Assembly: GCA_964591795.1 (NCBI GenBank)
Contig: CAZQEL010000009.1
Location: 1 to 30,326, forward strand
Direction: 5' to 3'
Length of the DNA: 30,326 nt
Source of the DNA: an uncultured archaeon
GTDB lineage: Archaea > Iainarchaeota > Iainarchaeia > Iainarchaeales > CSSED10-239
The notes below the pieces were generated by a model. That model ran no database searches and was not told the origin of the DNA. It saw only the letters and a program-made list of their open reading frames with translations. The stretch's first letter is position 1, and each line of letters opens with the position of its first letter. Position numbers and translations under genes: made by a program. Of the stretch, positions 1 through 9,318 are shown one piece after another.

Positions 1-117
1 CATATATATTCTTTATTTAAAGATATATTTAACTAATATATAATATATGAAATCTTTATAAACATATTTAATCTATATTATATATAGACTAAATTAAGCA
101 GTCTTATAAAAAATACT

Positions 118-190
118 GGTCCGGGTAGTGTAGTGGTTAGCATATGGGTCTGTGGATCCCATGACTCGGGTTCAAATCCCGGTTCGGACC
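118..190 (+). tRNA. tRNA-His (anticodon GTG) with genomically encoded G-1
   Basis: Hand-folded cloverleaf. Acceptor 119-125/183-189; D stem 128-131/140-143. Anticodon stem 145-149/157-161 with loop CTGTGGA (GTG at 152-154). T arm 166-170/178-182 with loop TTCAAAT. An extra G at 118 lies opposite discriminator C190, the His hallmark. A T-run follows from 192. Confidence 0.9.
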
Positions 191-233
191 CTTTTTTTAA
201 AATTAAAAAAAAGAAAATAAAAATAGATAAATA

Positions 234-1640
234 TTATTTATCTAAATCTACTTTTATAGAAATATCTTTAAGTTGTTTATCTGAAACCGCATTTGGCGCA
301 TTTTCCATTAAAGCAACACCAGATTTAGTTTTTGGAAATGCAATAAAATCCTTAATTGAATCTCTTCCTTTAAGTAACATTAAAAGACGATCAATACCAA
401 TTGCAAAACCACCATGAGGTGGAGTTCCAAATTTAAAAGCATCTAATAAAAAACCAAATTTTTCTTTAACTTCATCATCAGTTAAACCTAAAATATTAAA
501 TATGGTTTTTTGTTTTGAAGAATCATGTATTCTCATTCCACCAGAACCAAGTTCAACACCATTTAAAACAAGATCAAAAGACTCAGAATATAAAGCTAAA
601 TAATCTTCATTTGTTTTACATGCATTTAATTTATCCCAAGAATCATTAGTTGCTTGAGTAAACGGATGATGTGCTGAAACAACACGATTTTCAGTTTCAT
701 TCATTTCAAATAATGGAAAATTATCAATCCATACAAAAACAAATTCTTCTTTATTTGTCTTGTCTTCTCTTAAATCTGGTTTATCACATTTATATTTTTC
801 CATAGATTCTTTATAACTAATATGTGGAAAAGGAATTGTTATTTCCTTATTTAAAACATCCTTAAACATTATTTTCAACATTTTTTCAAAAACATCTTGA
901 ATATCTTCCTTAGTTATAAAAGACATTTCTAAATCTAATTGAGTAAACTCAGGTTGTCTATCTCCTCTTAGATCCTCATCTCTTAAACATTTTGCTAATT
1001 GATAATATCTATCAAAACCAGATACCATTAATGTTTGTTTGTATACTTGTGGAGATTGAGGAAGTGAATAAAACATTCCTGGATTAAGTCTTGATGGAAC
1101 AATATAATCTCTTGCTCCTTCAGGTGTGCTTCTACAAAGCATAGGTGTATCTACATCTAAAAAGTTCTGTAGATTTAAAAAATTTCTAATTGATGATACT
1201 ACTTTTTGTTTAAATATAAAATTTTCAAGCATATCTTTTCTTCTTAAGTCAAGATATCTATATTTCAATCTTGTTTCTTCAGTAGCTAAAAGATCACCAG
1301 TAACTTCAATAGGCAAAGTATCTTCACAAGTATTAAGTATTTCAATGTCTTCTAATAAAACTTCAATCTCACCAGTTTTAAGTTTAGGATTTAGTTTTGG
1401 TTTTACTTGTACTTTTCCTTTAACTCTTAAAACATATTCTTGTTTAATTGAATCTAAAAAATCTAATTTTTCAATTAAATCTTTTAATACTATAACTTGA
1501 GTTATACCATATCTATCTCTTAAATCAATAAAAATTATGTTTTTTCCTGCCTTTCTTATAGAAGAAACCCATCCACATAAAATTACTTCTTTGTTTTCAT
1601 CTTCTTTTCTTAATTTTCCACAATCATGTGTTCTTAACAT
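234..1640 (-). CDS. aspS: Aspartyl-tRNA synthetase, bacterial-type sequence lacking the GAD insertion domain
   Basis: Aligns by eye along its whole length to E. coli AspS: MLRTHDCGKL, RLKYRYLDLRR, TPEGARDYIVPSR, QSPQVYKQTLMVSGFDRYYQLAKCLRDEDLRGDRQPEFTQLD, DKPDLRE, AHHPFTQ, GTPPHGGFAIGIDRL and IAFPKT. Start moved to the ATG at 1640 (MLRTH...), which has GTGAT 5 nt upstream. The ORF-track start at 1709 adds 23 hydrophobic residues with no homology. Confidence 0.9.
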   Translation of the reverse strand: MLRTHDCGKLRKEDENKEVILCGWVSSIRKAGKNIIFIDLRDRYGITQVIVLKDLIEKLDFLDSIKQEYVLRVKGKVQVKPKLNPKLKTGEIEVLLEDIEILNTCEDTLPIEVTGDLLATEETRLKYRYLDLRRKDMLENFIFKQKVVSSIRNFLNLQNFLDVDTPMLCRSTPEGARDYIVPSRLNPGMFYSLPQSPQVYKQTLMVSGFDRYYQLAKCLRDEDLRGDRQPEFTQLDLEMSFITKEDIQDVFEKMLKIMFKDVLNKEITIPFPHISYKESMEKYKCDKPDLREDKTNKEEFVFVWIDNFPLFEMNETENRVVSAHHPFTQATNDSWDKLNACKTNEDYLALYSESFDLVLNGVELGSGGMRIHDSSKQKTIFNILGLTDDEVKEKFGFLLDAFKFGTPPHGGFAIGIDRLLMLLKGRDSIKDFIAFPKTKSGVALMENAPNAVSDKQLKDISIKVDLDK

Positions 1641-1749
1641 ATAAATCACTTTTAATATATTTTTTAATAATAAATATATACTTAACAAATAGTTTTTAAA
1701 AAGAACCATATATAATTATTTTAAATATTAATACAAAAAATGATTTTTT

Positions 1750-2517
1750 ATGAAAGAAATAATTAAAAAATATTGGAATCAAGATTCAAATAATTATCAA
1801 AAAAGTGCAAAAATAAGTACTGATTCTGCTCATTATGGGCCATATGCACCAAATGAAAATAAACTTAAACTTTTAGGAAATATTAAAAATAAAAATATTT
1901 TAGAAATTGGATGTGGAGGAGGCCAATGTTCTATTGCTTTTGCAAAACAAGGAGCAATATGTACTGGACTTGATTTGTCTATAGAACAATTAAAATATGC
2001 AGAAAAACTTGCAACTAAGAAAAAAGTAAAAGTTAATTTTTTACTAAAAGACATACAAACATTAAAAGGCATTAAATCTAATAGTTATGATATTGTATTT
2101 TCTACTTTTGCACTACAATATATTCCAAATTTAAATAAATGCTTTAAAGAAGTAAATAGAGTACTTAAAAAAAATGGATTATTTGTATTTAGTTTTGATC
2201 ATCCATTTTATTCAACAATAGATCCAAAAACACTAAAGATCATTTTTAATTATAATAATTTTAAAATTTGGAAAGAAACAATAGTAAAACCAGATGGAAC
2301 AAAAAGTAAATTTGTAGCATATCCACATAAAATTAGTGATACTTATAGTGCTCTTATAAATGCTAATTTTATAATAGAACAAATAATCGAACCATTTGAT
2401 GAAAAAATTGAAAAAGGTTGGAAAAATAGTTATTGGAAAAAAATATATCCATTAAAATTAATTAAAATGATAGGACCAACTATAATATTTAAAACTAAAA
2501 AAAATAATATATTATAA
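1750..2517 (+). CDS. Class I SAM-dependent methyltransferase (small-molecule/RNA type, no DNA-MTase motifs seen)
   Basis: Motif I ILEIGCGGGQCS followed by the acidic LDLS, and post-I/II spacing typical of Methyltransf_11-type proteins. No DPPY/NPPY or PC motif. Confidence 0.75.
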   Translation: MKEIIKKYWNQDSNNYQKSAKISTDSAHYGPYAPNENKLKLLGNIKNKNILEIGCGGGQCSIAFAKQGAICTGLDLSIEQLKYAEKLATKKKVKVNFLLKDIQTLKGIKSNSYDIVFSTFALQYIPNLNKCFKEVNRVLKKNGLFVFSFDHPFYSTIDPKTLKIIFNYNNFKIWKETIVKPDGTKSKFVAYPHKISDTYSALINANFIIEQIIEPFDEKIEKGWKNSYWKKIYPLKLIKMIGPTIIFKTKKNNIL

Positions 2518-2524
2518 AGTTAAT

Positions 2525-3067
2525 ATGAATTCAAAATATTCAGAAATAAATTTATTAATTCATCCTTTATTTGATTTAATTAGTTACGTTAAAATAAAAA
2601 ATACAGCCTCAGAAAAATTAGATCTAACTTTAATTAAGAAAAATAAAGAATTTTTAAAAAGATATAAAAAAAGTCTAATGGTTTGGGGAGACACTATTAG
2701 TAAAATGAAAAATGATTCTATATTTATGCTTTTGGAACCAACAGCTGTAATAAAAGGACATAATAAATTATTTTATGAAGAACTTACATCTAAATTTTAT
2801 GAATTTGCAAAAACTAAATTAAAAAATAGATTTATTATAGTTTACTCTAACAACATGCTATTTAGTTTTAACTCAGAGATAATTTCAAAACTAAGCAATA
2901 AAATTAAAATAAAAGCATTTGGAGAATACACTAAAATGTGTGTTAACACACAATCTAAAGAACTAAAAAAAATACTTAAAACTTTTGGGAAAAAATCAAA
3001 CATTGAAATTATTGAAAATAAATCATTATACAATCATAACGTTCATGACAAAGGATTAGGTAAATAA
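2525..3067 (+). CDS. Hypothetical protein
   Basis: 180-aa ORF starting 8 nt after the methyltransferase stop on the same strand. No motif I can name with confidence. GEYTKMCV is only loosely isochorismatase-like. Confidence 0.5.
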   Translation: MNSKYSEINLLIHPLFDLISYVKIKNTASEKLDLTLIKKNKEFLKRYKKSLMVWGDTISKMKNDSIFMLLEPTAVIKGHNKLFYEELTSKFYEFAKTKLKNRFIIVYSNNMLFSFNSEIISKLSNKIKIKAFGEYTKMCVNTQSKELKKILKTFGKKSNIEIIENKSLYNHNVHDKGLGK

Positions 3068-3131
3068 TTTATATCAAACCACAAAAGAAGAATAATTCAG
3101 AAAAAAATAAAAAAACTAAAAAGATAAACAA

Positions 3132-4346
3132 TCATCTTTTATTCATATAAAGTCTATAGATTTTATCTTGTTTTAAATAATTAAATAATTTTTCTTTAAA
3201 CTCTTGTGAAAAAAAATCTTTTTTTAAACTATTAGAAATTTGAATGTATGATAAATCAGATAATGAGTCCCACAAATTATTATCCCTAATTAATTTTTCT
3301 AAATTACCTCTTTTCAAAGTACCTCTTTCAGGAAGTTTAATAGAATCATACTCTTTAATAAAAATGGATTTATTTTCACCAAATAGTTTTTCTAAATGAT
3401 TCACTTTAGAATAATTAATAATTGCGTCTTTTAATTTTTCAAGTTGAATATCAACATCTTGAGTTAAATTTTTTTTAAGTTCAGTTAGTTCTTGATATTT
3501 GTTTACTAAAAACACACCTTCTTCTTTTAAATATTCATTTTCAGATAATTGTTTTATTTTTATATCATGTGCTTTAAAAGGACAAACTGATCTATAAGAA
3601 CACCAATTACAAAGACCAGATGGTTTACCAGGAAATTTCTTTTTAACAGTAGCATCTTCAATTTCTCTTATAACCTTTATAGATGATTCTTTAAGTAAAT
3701 CTAATTCTTCAACAGTTCTTGTTGAAACTTGTTTTATACCTACAGACAAGAAAAACCAACAAAGATCTATTTTTTCAATAAAAGGAAATTTTTCTCTAAC
3801 TGCAATAGAATAAAGTGCAAGTTGTTTATCAATATCTACTTCTTCTTGTGTTTTTGGAGAAATATTTGTTTTATAATCAATTATTTCAATATGATTTTCT
3901 GAAACTAAAGATAATCTATCAATATACCCAATTAAATTATATGTTTTATTTCTTTCTTTATCATATAAAGAAAGATTAATTTTCATTTCAAGACCAATTG
4001 TTTTTCCTTGATTAAAAGGCTTATAAGTATTATAATAATTAGTTAAGTATTCTTCACCTAAAGATTTATATTGATTTTCAGTATATCCTTCTCTTATTAT
4101 TTCAACTTTATCAAAAGAAAAATTATTTTTCCAAATATTATTATAGTAAATAATTATTTCTTCTAAAGATAATATTTTATTATATTTTAAATCAACATAT
4201 AATTTTTCTAAAGTTTCATGCACCATTGAACCCATAAACGCTTCAATATTTTGTTTAGTTTCAATTTTTATTTTTTCAACATACTTATAATTAAACTGTA
4301 AAGGACAATTTCTAAAAGTTTCCATTGAAGAGTATGAGTATCGCAT
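3132..4346 (-). CDS. PD-(D/E)XK nuclease, Cas4/AddB-like with 4Fe-4S cysteine cluster and a long C-terminal extension
   Basis: N-terminal Cys in FRNCPLQF. Motifs GSMVHETLE, GLEMK, GYIDRL, IIDYKT (D-x-K) and QLALY. Then CNWCSYRSVCP (C-x2-C-x5-C). About 140 further residues follow the cluster. Confidence 0.8.
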   Translation of the reverse strand: MRYSYSSMETFRNCPLQFNYKYVEKIKIETKQNIEAFMGSMVHETLEKLYVDLKYNKILSLEEIIIYYNNIWKNNFSFDKVEIIREGYTENQYKSLGEEYLTNYYNTYKPFNQGKTIGLEMKINLSLYDKERNKTYNLIGYIDRLSLVSENHIEIIDYKTNISPKTQEEVDIDKQLALYSIAVREKFPFIEKIDLCWFFLSVGIKQVSTRTVEELDLLKESSIKVIREIEDATVKKKFPGKPSGLCNWCSYRSVCPFKAHDIKIKQLSENEYLKEEGVFLVNKYQELTELKKNLTQDVDIQLEKLKDAIINYSKVNHLEKLFGENKSIFIKEYDSIKLPERGTLKRGNLEKLIRDNNLWDSLSDLSYIQISNSLKKDFFSQEFKEKLFNYLKQDKIYRLYMNKR

Positions 4347-4584
4347 AATTAATCTTTTTAATATATTCTAAATATATTTTGATTAAAAGAGTTTATATTG
4401 TTTATGGAAAAATAAATTTAAAAAATCTGATTCTCGGACAGGAACCCTCTTTGAAAAGAGATATATCTACTAAAAACTATAATTATAATTAGTTTATGCA
4501 CCTCATAGACTAAAATAGGCCTTTTTAATTTAAAAAATGAGGGCCTTGTTTCCCTCCCTTTTTAATAAAATAAAATAAAAAAAT

Positions 4585-5253
4585 ATGAAACTTAAAGACA
4601 TAGCACCAGAAAATAGACCATTAGAAAGACTTACACAAAAAGGACCAGGCAGCCTATCAAACTCAGAATTATTAGCACTTATTTTAAAAACAGGCACCAA
4701 AAACCATAATATTTTAGAAATATCAAACCAAATTCTTTCAAAATATTCTTTTTCAGATCTTGAAAATACAAGCATAACAGAACTGTCTTCAATAAAAGGG
4801 ATTGGAATAGTTAAAGCAAGTCAAATAAAAGCAATTATTGAGTTATACAAAAGAATATCTATAAAAAATATAAAAGAAGATCTTAAAGTGTATTCTCCAA
4901 AAACAGCCTATGACATATTAAAACATGATATTGAAAATCAAGATAGAGAAATTTTAATTGCACTTTATCTTAAAGGAAACCAAGTTGTATCCAAAAAAAT
5001 AATTACAATTGGAACCAATAACCAAACATTGATATCAGAAAAAGAAATTATAAGACAAGCAATAAAAGAAAATGCCCAAGGAATTATAATTTCACACAAT
5101 CATCCCTCCGGAGAAGCATATCCATCAAAAGAAGACAAAATTGCAACAGAAAAACTTAAAGATATTTGTAAAAAGTTAGATTTTACCTTTATAGATCATT
5201 TAATTATTACTAAAGAAAAATATTTTTCATTTAAAGAAAATAATCTTATTTAA
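4585..5253 (+). CDS. radC: RadC-like JAB-domain protein (UPF0758)
   Basis: N-terminal NRPLERL...LSNSELLALILKTG and helix-hairpin-helix IKGIGIVKA. C-terminal JAMM-like HNHPSGEAYPSKED. Confidence 0.85.
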   Translation: MKLKDIAPENRPLERLTQKGPGSLSNSELLALILKTGTKNHNILEISNQILSKYSFSDLENTSITELSSIKGIGIVKASQIKAIIELYKRISIKNIKEDLKVYSPKTAYDILKHDIENQDREILIALYLKGNQVVSKKIITIGTNNQTLISEKEIIRQAIKENAQGIIISHNHPSGEAYPSKEDKIATEKLKDICKKLDFTFIDHLIITKEKYFSFKENNLI

Positions 5254-5278
5254 ATATTTTGTGTATTATAAATTATAT

Positions 5279-5740
5279 ATGAACTCAAAAAGAATATTAT
5301 TCGGCCTTATACTTATATTAATTATTTTTAATAGTACCTTTGTTTTTGCAGAAAGTAAAAATATTAAATATTACTACGATAATATAGATACTGAAAAACA
5401 AGTTTTATTAGATAATATAACATCACTTCCTAATTTAATTCAAAATATATTAAAAAATGATAAAATACAATTTGAAATTGATACTAACAATGAAAAATTA
5501 AATTTATTTTTAGAAAAAACAAAAGATGGTAATTATAATATCACAAAAGAAAACATTGAGAAAATAAACGTGTGGATTATAGCTAAAGAAGACTCAATAA
5601 ATCAAATTATTAATTCAGAAGATCCATTACAAGAACTAAATAATAAAATAAAATCAAAAGAAGTAAAAATTAAAACAAAAGGATTTTTTAGAACTATAAA
5701 GTTTAAACTTGTACAATTATTTTTAAGATTTAAAAGATGA
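5279..5740 (+). CDS. Small secreted hypothetical protein
   Basis: Signal-peptide-like N-terminus MNSKRILFGLILILIIFNSTFVFA/ESK. I prefer the ATG at 5279 over the GTG at 5261 used by the ORF track. Confidence 0.55.
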   Translation: MNSKRILFGLILILIIFNSTFVFAESKNIKYYYDNIDTEKQVLLDNITSLPNLIQNILKNDKIQFEIDTNNEKLNLFLEKTKDGNYNITKENIEKINVWIIAKEDSINQIINSEDPLQELNNKIKSKEVKIKTKGFFRTIKFKLVQLFLRFKR

Positions 5741-5745
5741 TTTTT

Positions 5746-6846
5746 TTATCTTTTATATTCTTTTAAAAACTTTTTTTGAAAACTATCAAAAGTACCTTTT
5801 TCTATTGCCTTTCTTGCATCTTCTAATAATCTATGTAAAAACCTAATATTATGAACAGACAATAATATTTTTACTCCAGGCTCATCAAGACGTAAAAGAT
5901 GATGAAGGTATGAAAGAGTATGCCTTTTACAAGTAGGACAATCACAATCAGGCTCTATTGGCAAAAAAACATCTTTATATATTGCTTTTTTAAGATTAAT
6001 AGGACCTTTCCGTGTGAAAATATGGCCATGCCTTGCCATTTTAGTAGGATAAATAGAATCAAAACAATCTACTCCTTTACCAATAGATAAAATAATGTCT
6101 TCAGGAGACCCAAACCCCATTAAATATTTTATTTTTTTTTCATCTAAATGTTTTAAAGAATAATCAATTGCCTTATACATTTTATCCTTAGTTTCTCCAA
6201 GAGCAAGCCCACCAATAGCAAGTCCATCAAATGGAAGTTTATTAATTTCTTTAGCGCATTTTTCTCTTAAATCTTTATAAATCCCACCTTGCACAATACC
6301 AAATAACATTTGCTTTTTATTTTTATGTGCTAAAATAGATCTTTTAGCCCAAGCAATAGTTCTGTCGGTTGCAATTTCATATGCTTCTCGTGGAAGATTA
6401 GCATCCTGCATATCATCTAAAATCATAGCAATATCAGAATCAATAATATTTTGCATTTCAATTACATTTTCAGGTGACATAAAATGCTTTGAACCATCAA
6501 AAGGAGACTTAAACCAAACTCCTTTATCACTCATTGATATAAAAAACTCTGGATTTTTTAATTGAAATCCACCAGAATCAGTAAACATTGATTTTTTCCA
6601 ATTAATAAACTTATGATAACCCTTTGCTTTTTCTAAAATTTCCTTTCCTGGTTTTAAATAAAGAAGATAACAATTAGATATAAAACATTGAGTTTTAATT
6701 TCATCTAAGATATCTAGAGTAATAAACTTAGCTATACCCTTAGTTACAACAGGCATAAAAAAAGGAGTCTTTATTGTTCCATGAGCTGTCTTAAAAAGAC
6801 CACAACGTGCTTTTGTAACTTTATCTTTTTTTTCAATAGTAAACAT
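5746..6846 (-). CDS. tgt: tRNA-guanine transglycosylase, bacterial/eukaryal (queuine) type rather than archaeosine type
   Basis: Motifs FTDSGGFQ, LFGIVQGGIYKDLR, LAIGGLALGE, YLMGFGSPEDI, CFDSIYPTKMARHG, the zinc site CDCPTCKRHTLSYLHHL, and HNIRF. At 366 aa it has no C-terminal PUA-type domains. Confidence 0.85.
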   Translation of the reverse strand: MFTIEKKDKVTKARCGLFKTAHGTIKTPFFMPVVTKGIAKFITLDILDEIKTQCFISNCYLLYLKPGKEILEKAKGYHKFINWKKSMFTDSGGFQLKNPEFFISMSDKGVWFKSPFDGSKHFMSPENVIEMQNIIDSDIAMILDDMQDANLPREAYEIATDRTIAWAKRSILAHKNKKQMLFGIVQGGIYKDLREKCAKEINKLPFDGLAIGGLALGETKDKMYKAIDYSLKHLDEKKIKYLMGFGSPEDIILSIGKGVDCFDSIYPTKMARHGHIFTRKGPINLKKAIYKDVFLPIEPDCDCPTCKRHTLSYLHHLLRLDEPGVKILLSVHNIRFLHRLLEDARKAIEKGTFDSFQKKFLKEYKR

Positions 6847-6900
6847 AAATAGTCATTTTTTTAATTTTAATTTAAAATACATACTTTAACTCTTGTCTTT

Positions 6901-7764
6901 TTAAAAAATAAAAAATATAAATGCAACCGAGAATATAATTCCAATAAAAATATATGGTCCAAATCTTGGTAGATTATCATATATTGGTAAAGTTTTAAGT
7001 TTTAAATTTTTAATAATTAATAAATCTTTATCTTCAATAACCTGCCTATTTTTCATATTTAATTTTTTAATTACATCAGAAGATAAAAACTCAAAAGAAA
7101 TCACATCTCCTTCTTCTATTTTATCTAAAGTTTTTTCACATAAATAAATATATTTTTTGATTTCAGGTTCTAAAATTACTGAAAATAAACCTAAAAGAAT
7201 AGGTAAAAGTATTAAAAGAGTTAATTTTGAAAAACCAAGAACTTTAACAGAACTATTTAAAATATAACAAAATAATATAAAAATCACAAAATAAATTAAA
7301 ACTTTATAAATTCTTTCTTTAAAAATTAATTTTATTTGTTTAGAGCTTAATTTTTTAAAAAGAATAAATAGATATTTTGTTGAAACTATTAAAACTGATG
7401 ATAATGAAGACAATATAAGCACCCATAAAATAAACATTTGGTTATTTACAAAAGGAATCAAAAGATTAATTCCTAAAAATAATTTTATATCCCCACCACC
7501 AAGCTTTCCAAAATAATAAAACAAATAACCTACACCATAAATGATGGCAGTATATAATAAAACTTTAAGAAAATAAATATAACCTAAAATAGGAAAAATA
7601 AATGATTCAAATATTAAAAATAACAAACCAATTACAATTAATGGAAATGTAATCCAATTATAAATATATCCTGTTTTATAATCAGTATAAGCTCCAATAC
7701 CTGCTGCAACTAATAAAATACAAAACTTAATTATTAATAATAAATCAATCATATTAATTTTCAC
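6901..7764 (-). CDS. A24-family archaeal prepilin/preflagellin peptidase-like membrane protein
   Basis: Polytopic membrane protein with the two aspartyl motifs AYTDYKTGYIYN and GGGDIKLF. The start is either GTG at 7764, which overlaps the srp54 stop as GTGA, or ATG at 7752, 8 nt after that stop. I cannot decide between them from sequence. Confidence 0.7.
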   Translation of the reverse strand: MKINMIDLLLIIKFCILLVAAGIGAYTDYKTGYIYNWITFPLIVIGLLFLIFESFIFPILGYIYFLKVLLYTAIIYGVGYLFYYFGKLGGGDIKLFLGINLLIPFVNNQMFILWVLILSSLSSVLIVSTKYLFILFKKLSSKQIKLIFKERIYKVLIYFVIFILFCYILNSSVKVLGFSKLTLLILLPILLGLFSVILEPEIKKYIYLCEKTLDKIEEGDVISFEFLSSDVIKKLNMKNRQVIEDKDLLIIKNLKLKTLPIYDNLPRFGPYIFIGIIFSVAFIFFIF

Positions 7765-9164
7765 TTAGATTTAAAATTTTTAGACATTTCTTCTAATTGT
7801 TTAGGATCCATATCATTAAATTTAGACATGTCAGGCATTTTACCACCAAGCATTTTCTTCATTAATCCTTGAGAAGACCCACCACGCGCACCAAATTGTT
7901 TAAACATTTTTTTCATTTTTTTAACATGAGTTAAAAGTTCTTTAACATCTTCTTCTTTTGTTCCAGAACCATTTGAAATTCTTTTAATTCTACTTTTGAT
8001 TATTTCCTGAGGATTAAAATTAAGTTCCTTATTAGTAAATGAATCTAAAATGAATCTGTATTTTTTCATTTTTTCTTGCCCTAAATTCATTTGATTATTT
8101 GAAATATTACCGCCCATACCAAGCATATTGATAACCTTATTTAATGGACCTAATTTTTTAGCCGCAGAAATTTGTTTTTTAAAAAGAGCAAAAGTAAAAT
8201 CTCCTTTTAAAATATCTTCTGGATTTAAATCATTTAAATCTTCTGCTTCTTGAAGCTCTTTTACTTTTTCTAAAAGGCCTTCTAAATCTCCAAAACCTAA
8301 TATTCTAGATAAATATCTATTAGCATCAAATACCTCTAAATCATCTATTTTTTCACCAGTACCAATAAAAAAAATAGGTGATTTTGTAATATAACATGCA
8401 GTTAATGCTCCACCACCTTTAGCAGAACCATCAAGTTTTGTAATAACTACACCATTAACTCCAATTGCTTGATTAAAATTTTCAGCTTGATCCTTTGCTG
8501 CTTGACCAATATCTGCAGATAAAACTAAAAATGAATATTTTGGTTTTATTTCATTATAAATATCTTTAAGTTCAGTAATTAATTCATTATCAAGAGCAGA
8601 TCTTCCTGCTGAATCAACAATAATTAAATTTGCACCTTTATTTTTTAAGAAAGCATAACCTTTCTTAGAAACATCTTTTGCTGAATTATTTTCTTTTTCA
8701 CCAAAGAACAAACAATCTACTTGTTTTGATAATTGTTCTAGTTGTTCATAGGCAGCTGGTCTATAAACATCGGCTGCAATAACTCCAACTTTAAAACCTC
8801 TTTTCTTATAATACTTTGCAAGTTTTGCAACAGTGGTTGTTTTACCAGAACCAAAAAGACCGCATAAAAGAATACTTTCTGGGTTTTCTGGAAGTTTTTC
8901 TTGATCACGTCCACCCATATATTTTAAAATTACATCATAACAAGTTTTTACTAAATGTTCTTTTCTTGAAAGCTCTCCTGGTATTTTTTCAAAAGCTTCT
9001 ACTTCTATTTCTTTTGAAATTTTTAAAACTAGTTGTACATTAACATCTGAAGAAATAAGTGCTCTTTGAATATCCTTAATTACTTCTTTAATTAAATCCT
9101 TATCAACATGCATTGAATTTTTAATTTTATCAATTGCACTTCTTAATTTATCTCCAAAACCCAT
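7761..9164 (-). CDS. srp54: Signal recognition particle protein SRP54
   Basis: N domain followed by GTPase motifs GLFGSGKTTT, DSAGR and TKLDG. C-terminal Met-rich M domain (MLGMGG, KKMKKMFKQ, MLGGKMPDM). Confidence 0.95.
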   Translation of the reverse strand: MGFGDKLRSAIDKIKNSMHVDKDLIKEVIKDIQRALISSDVNVQLVLKISKEIEVEAFEKIPGELSRKEHLVKTCYDVILKYMGGRDQEKLPENPESILLCGLFGSGKTTTVAKLAKYYKKRGFKVGVIAADVYRPAAYEQLEQLSKQVDCLFFGEKENNSAKDVSKKGYAFLKNKGANLIIVDSAGRSALDNELITELKDIYNEIKPKYSFLVLSADIGQAAKDQAENFNQAIGVNGVVITKLDGSAKGGGALTACYITKSPIFFIGTGEKIDDLEVFDANRYLSRILGFGDLEGLLEKVKELQEAEDLNDLNPEDILKGDFTFALFKKQISAAKKLGPLNKVINMLGMGGNISNNQMNLGQEKMKKYRFILDSFTNKELNFNPQEIIKSRIKRISNGSGTKEEDVKELLTHVKKMKKMFKQFGARGGSSQGLMKKMLGGKMPDMSKFNDMDPKQLEEMSKNFKSK

Positions 9165-9318
9165 ACTTAAAACCTATATTAATCTATACATTATATATAA
9201 TATATAAAAAGATATAAATATAAATTGATTTTAAATATATATATTTATATATAATAGTTTAAAAGTTAAAAGAAAAGTATTGAACAAGAAATTAAAAAAA
9301 ACCAAGGTGGTGTATAAT

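Noticed and set aside
133-417. 94-aa plus-strand ORF starting inside tRNA-His and running antisense into aspS
   Set aside because: It overlaps a well-folded tRNA and the strongly supported aspS on the other strand. The composition is low-complexity.
1641-1709. N-terminal 23-residue extension of AspRS in the ORF track
   Set aside because: Homology to AspRS begins exactly at MLRTH (ATG at 1640). The extension is hydrophobic filler.
1126-2072. Antisense ORFs 1126-1500 (+) and 1833-2072 (-)
   Set aside because: Each lies fully inside a gene with clear homology on the opposite strand (aspS and the methyltransferase). They are typical shadow ORFs of AT-rich DNA.
2842-3033. 63-aa minus-strand ORF inside the 2525-3067 gene
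   Set aside because: It is short and lies fully inside the longer plus-strand ORF. It has no start context or motif. Both calls are weak, but the longer operon-linked frame is preferred.
4530-4775. 81-aa minus-strand ORF overlapping the radC start
   Set aside because: RadC homology on the plus strand covers the region. The minus frame has no motif.
8816-9043. 75-aa plus-strand ORF inside srp54
   Set aside because: Shadow ORF inside a gene with unambiguous SRP54 motifs.
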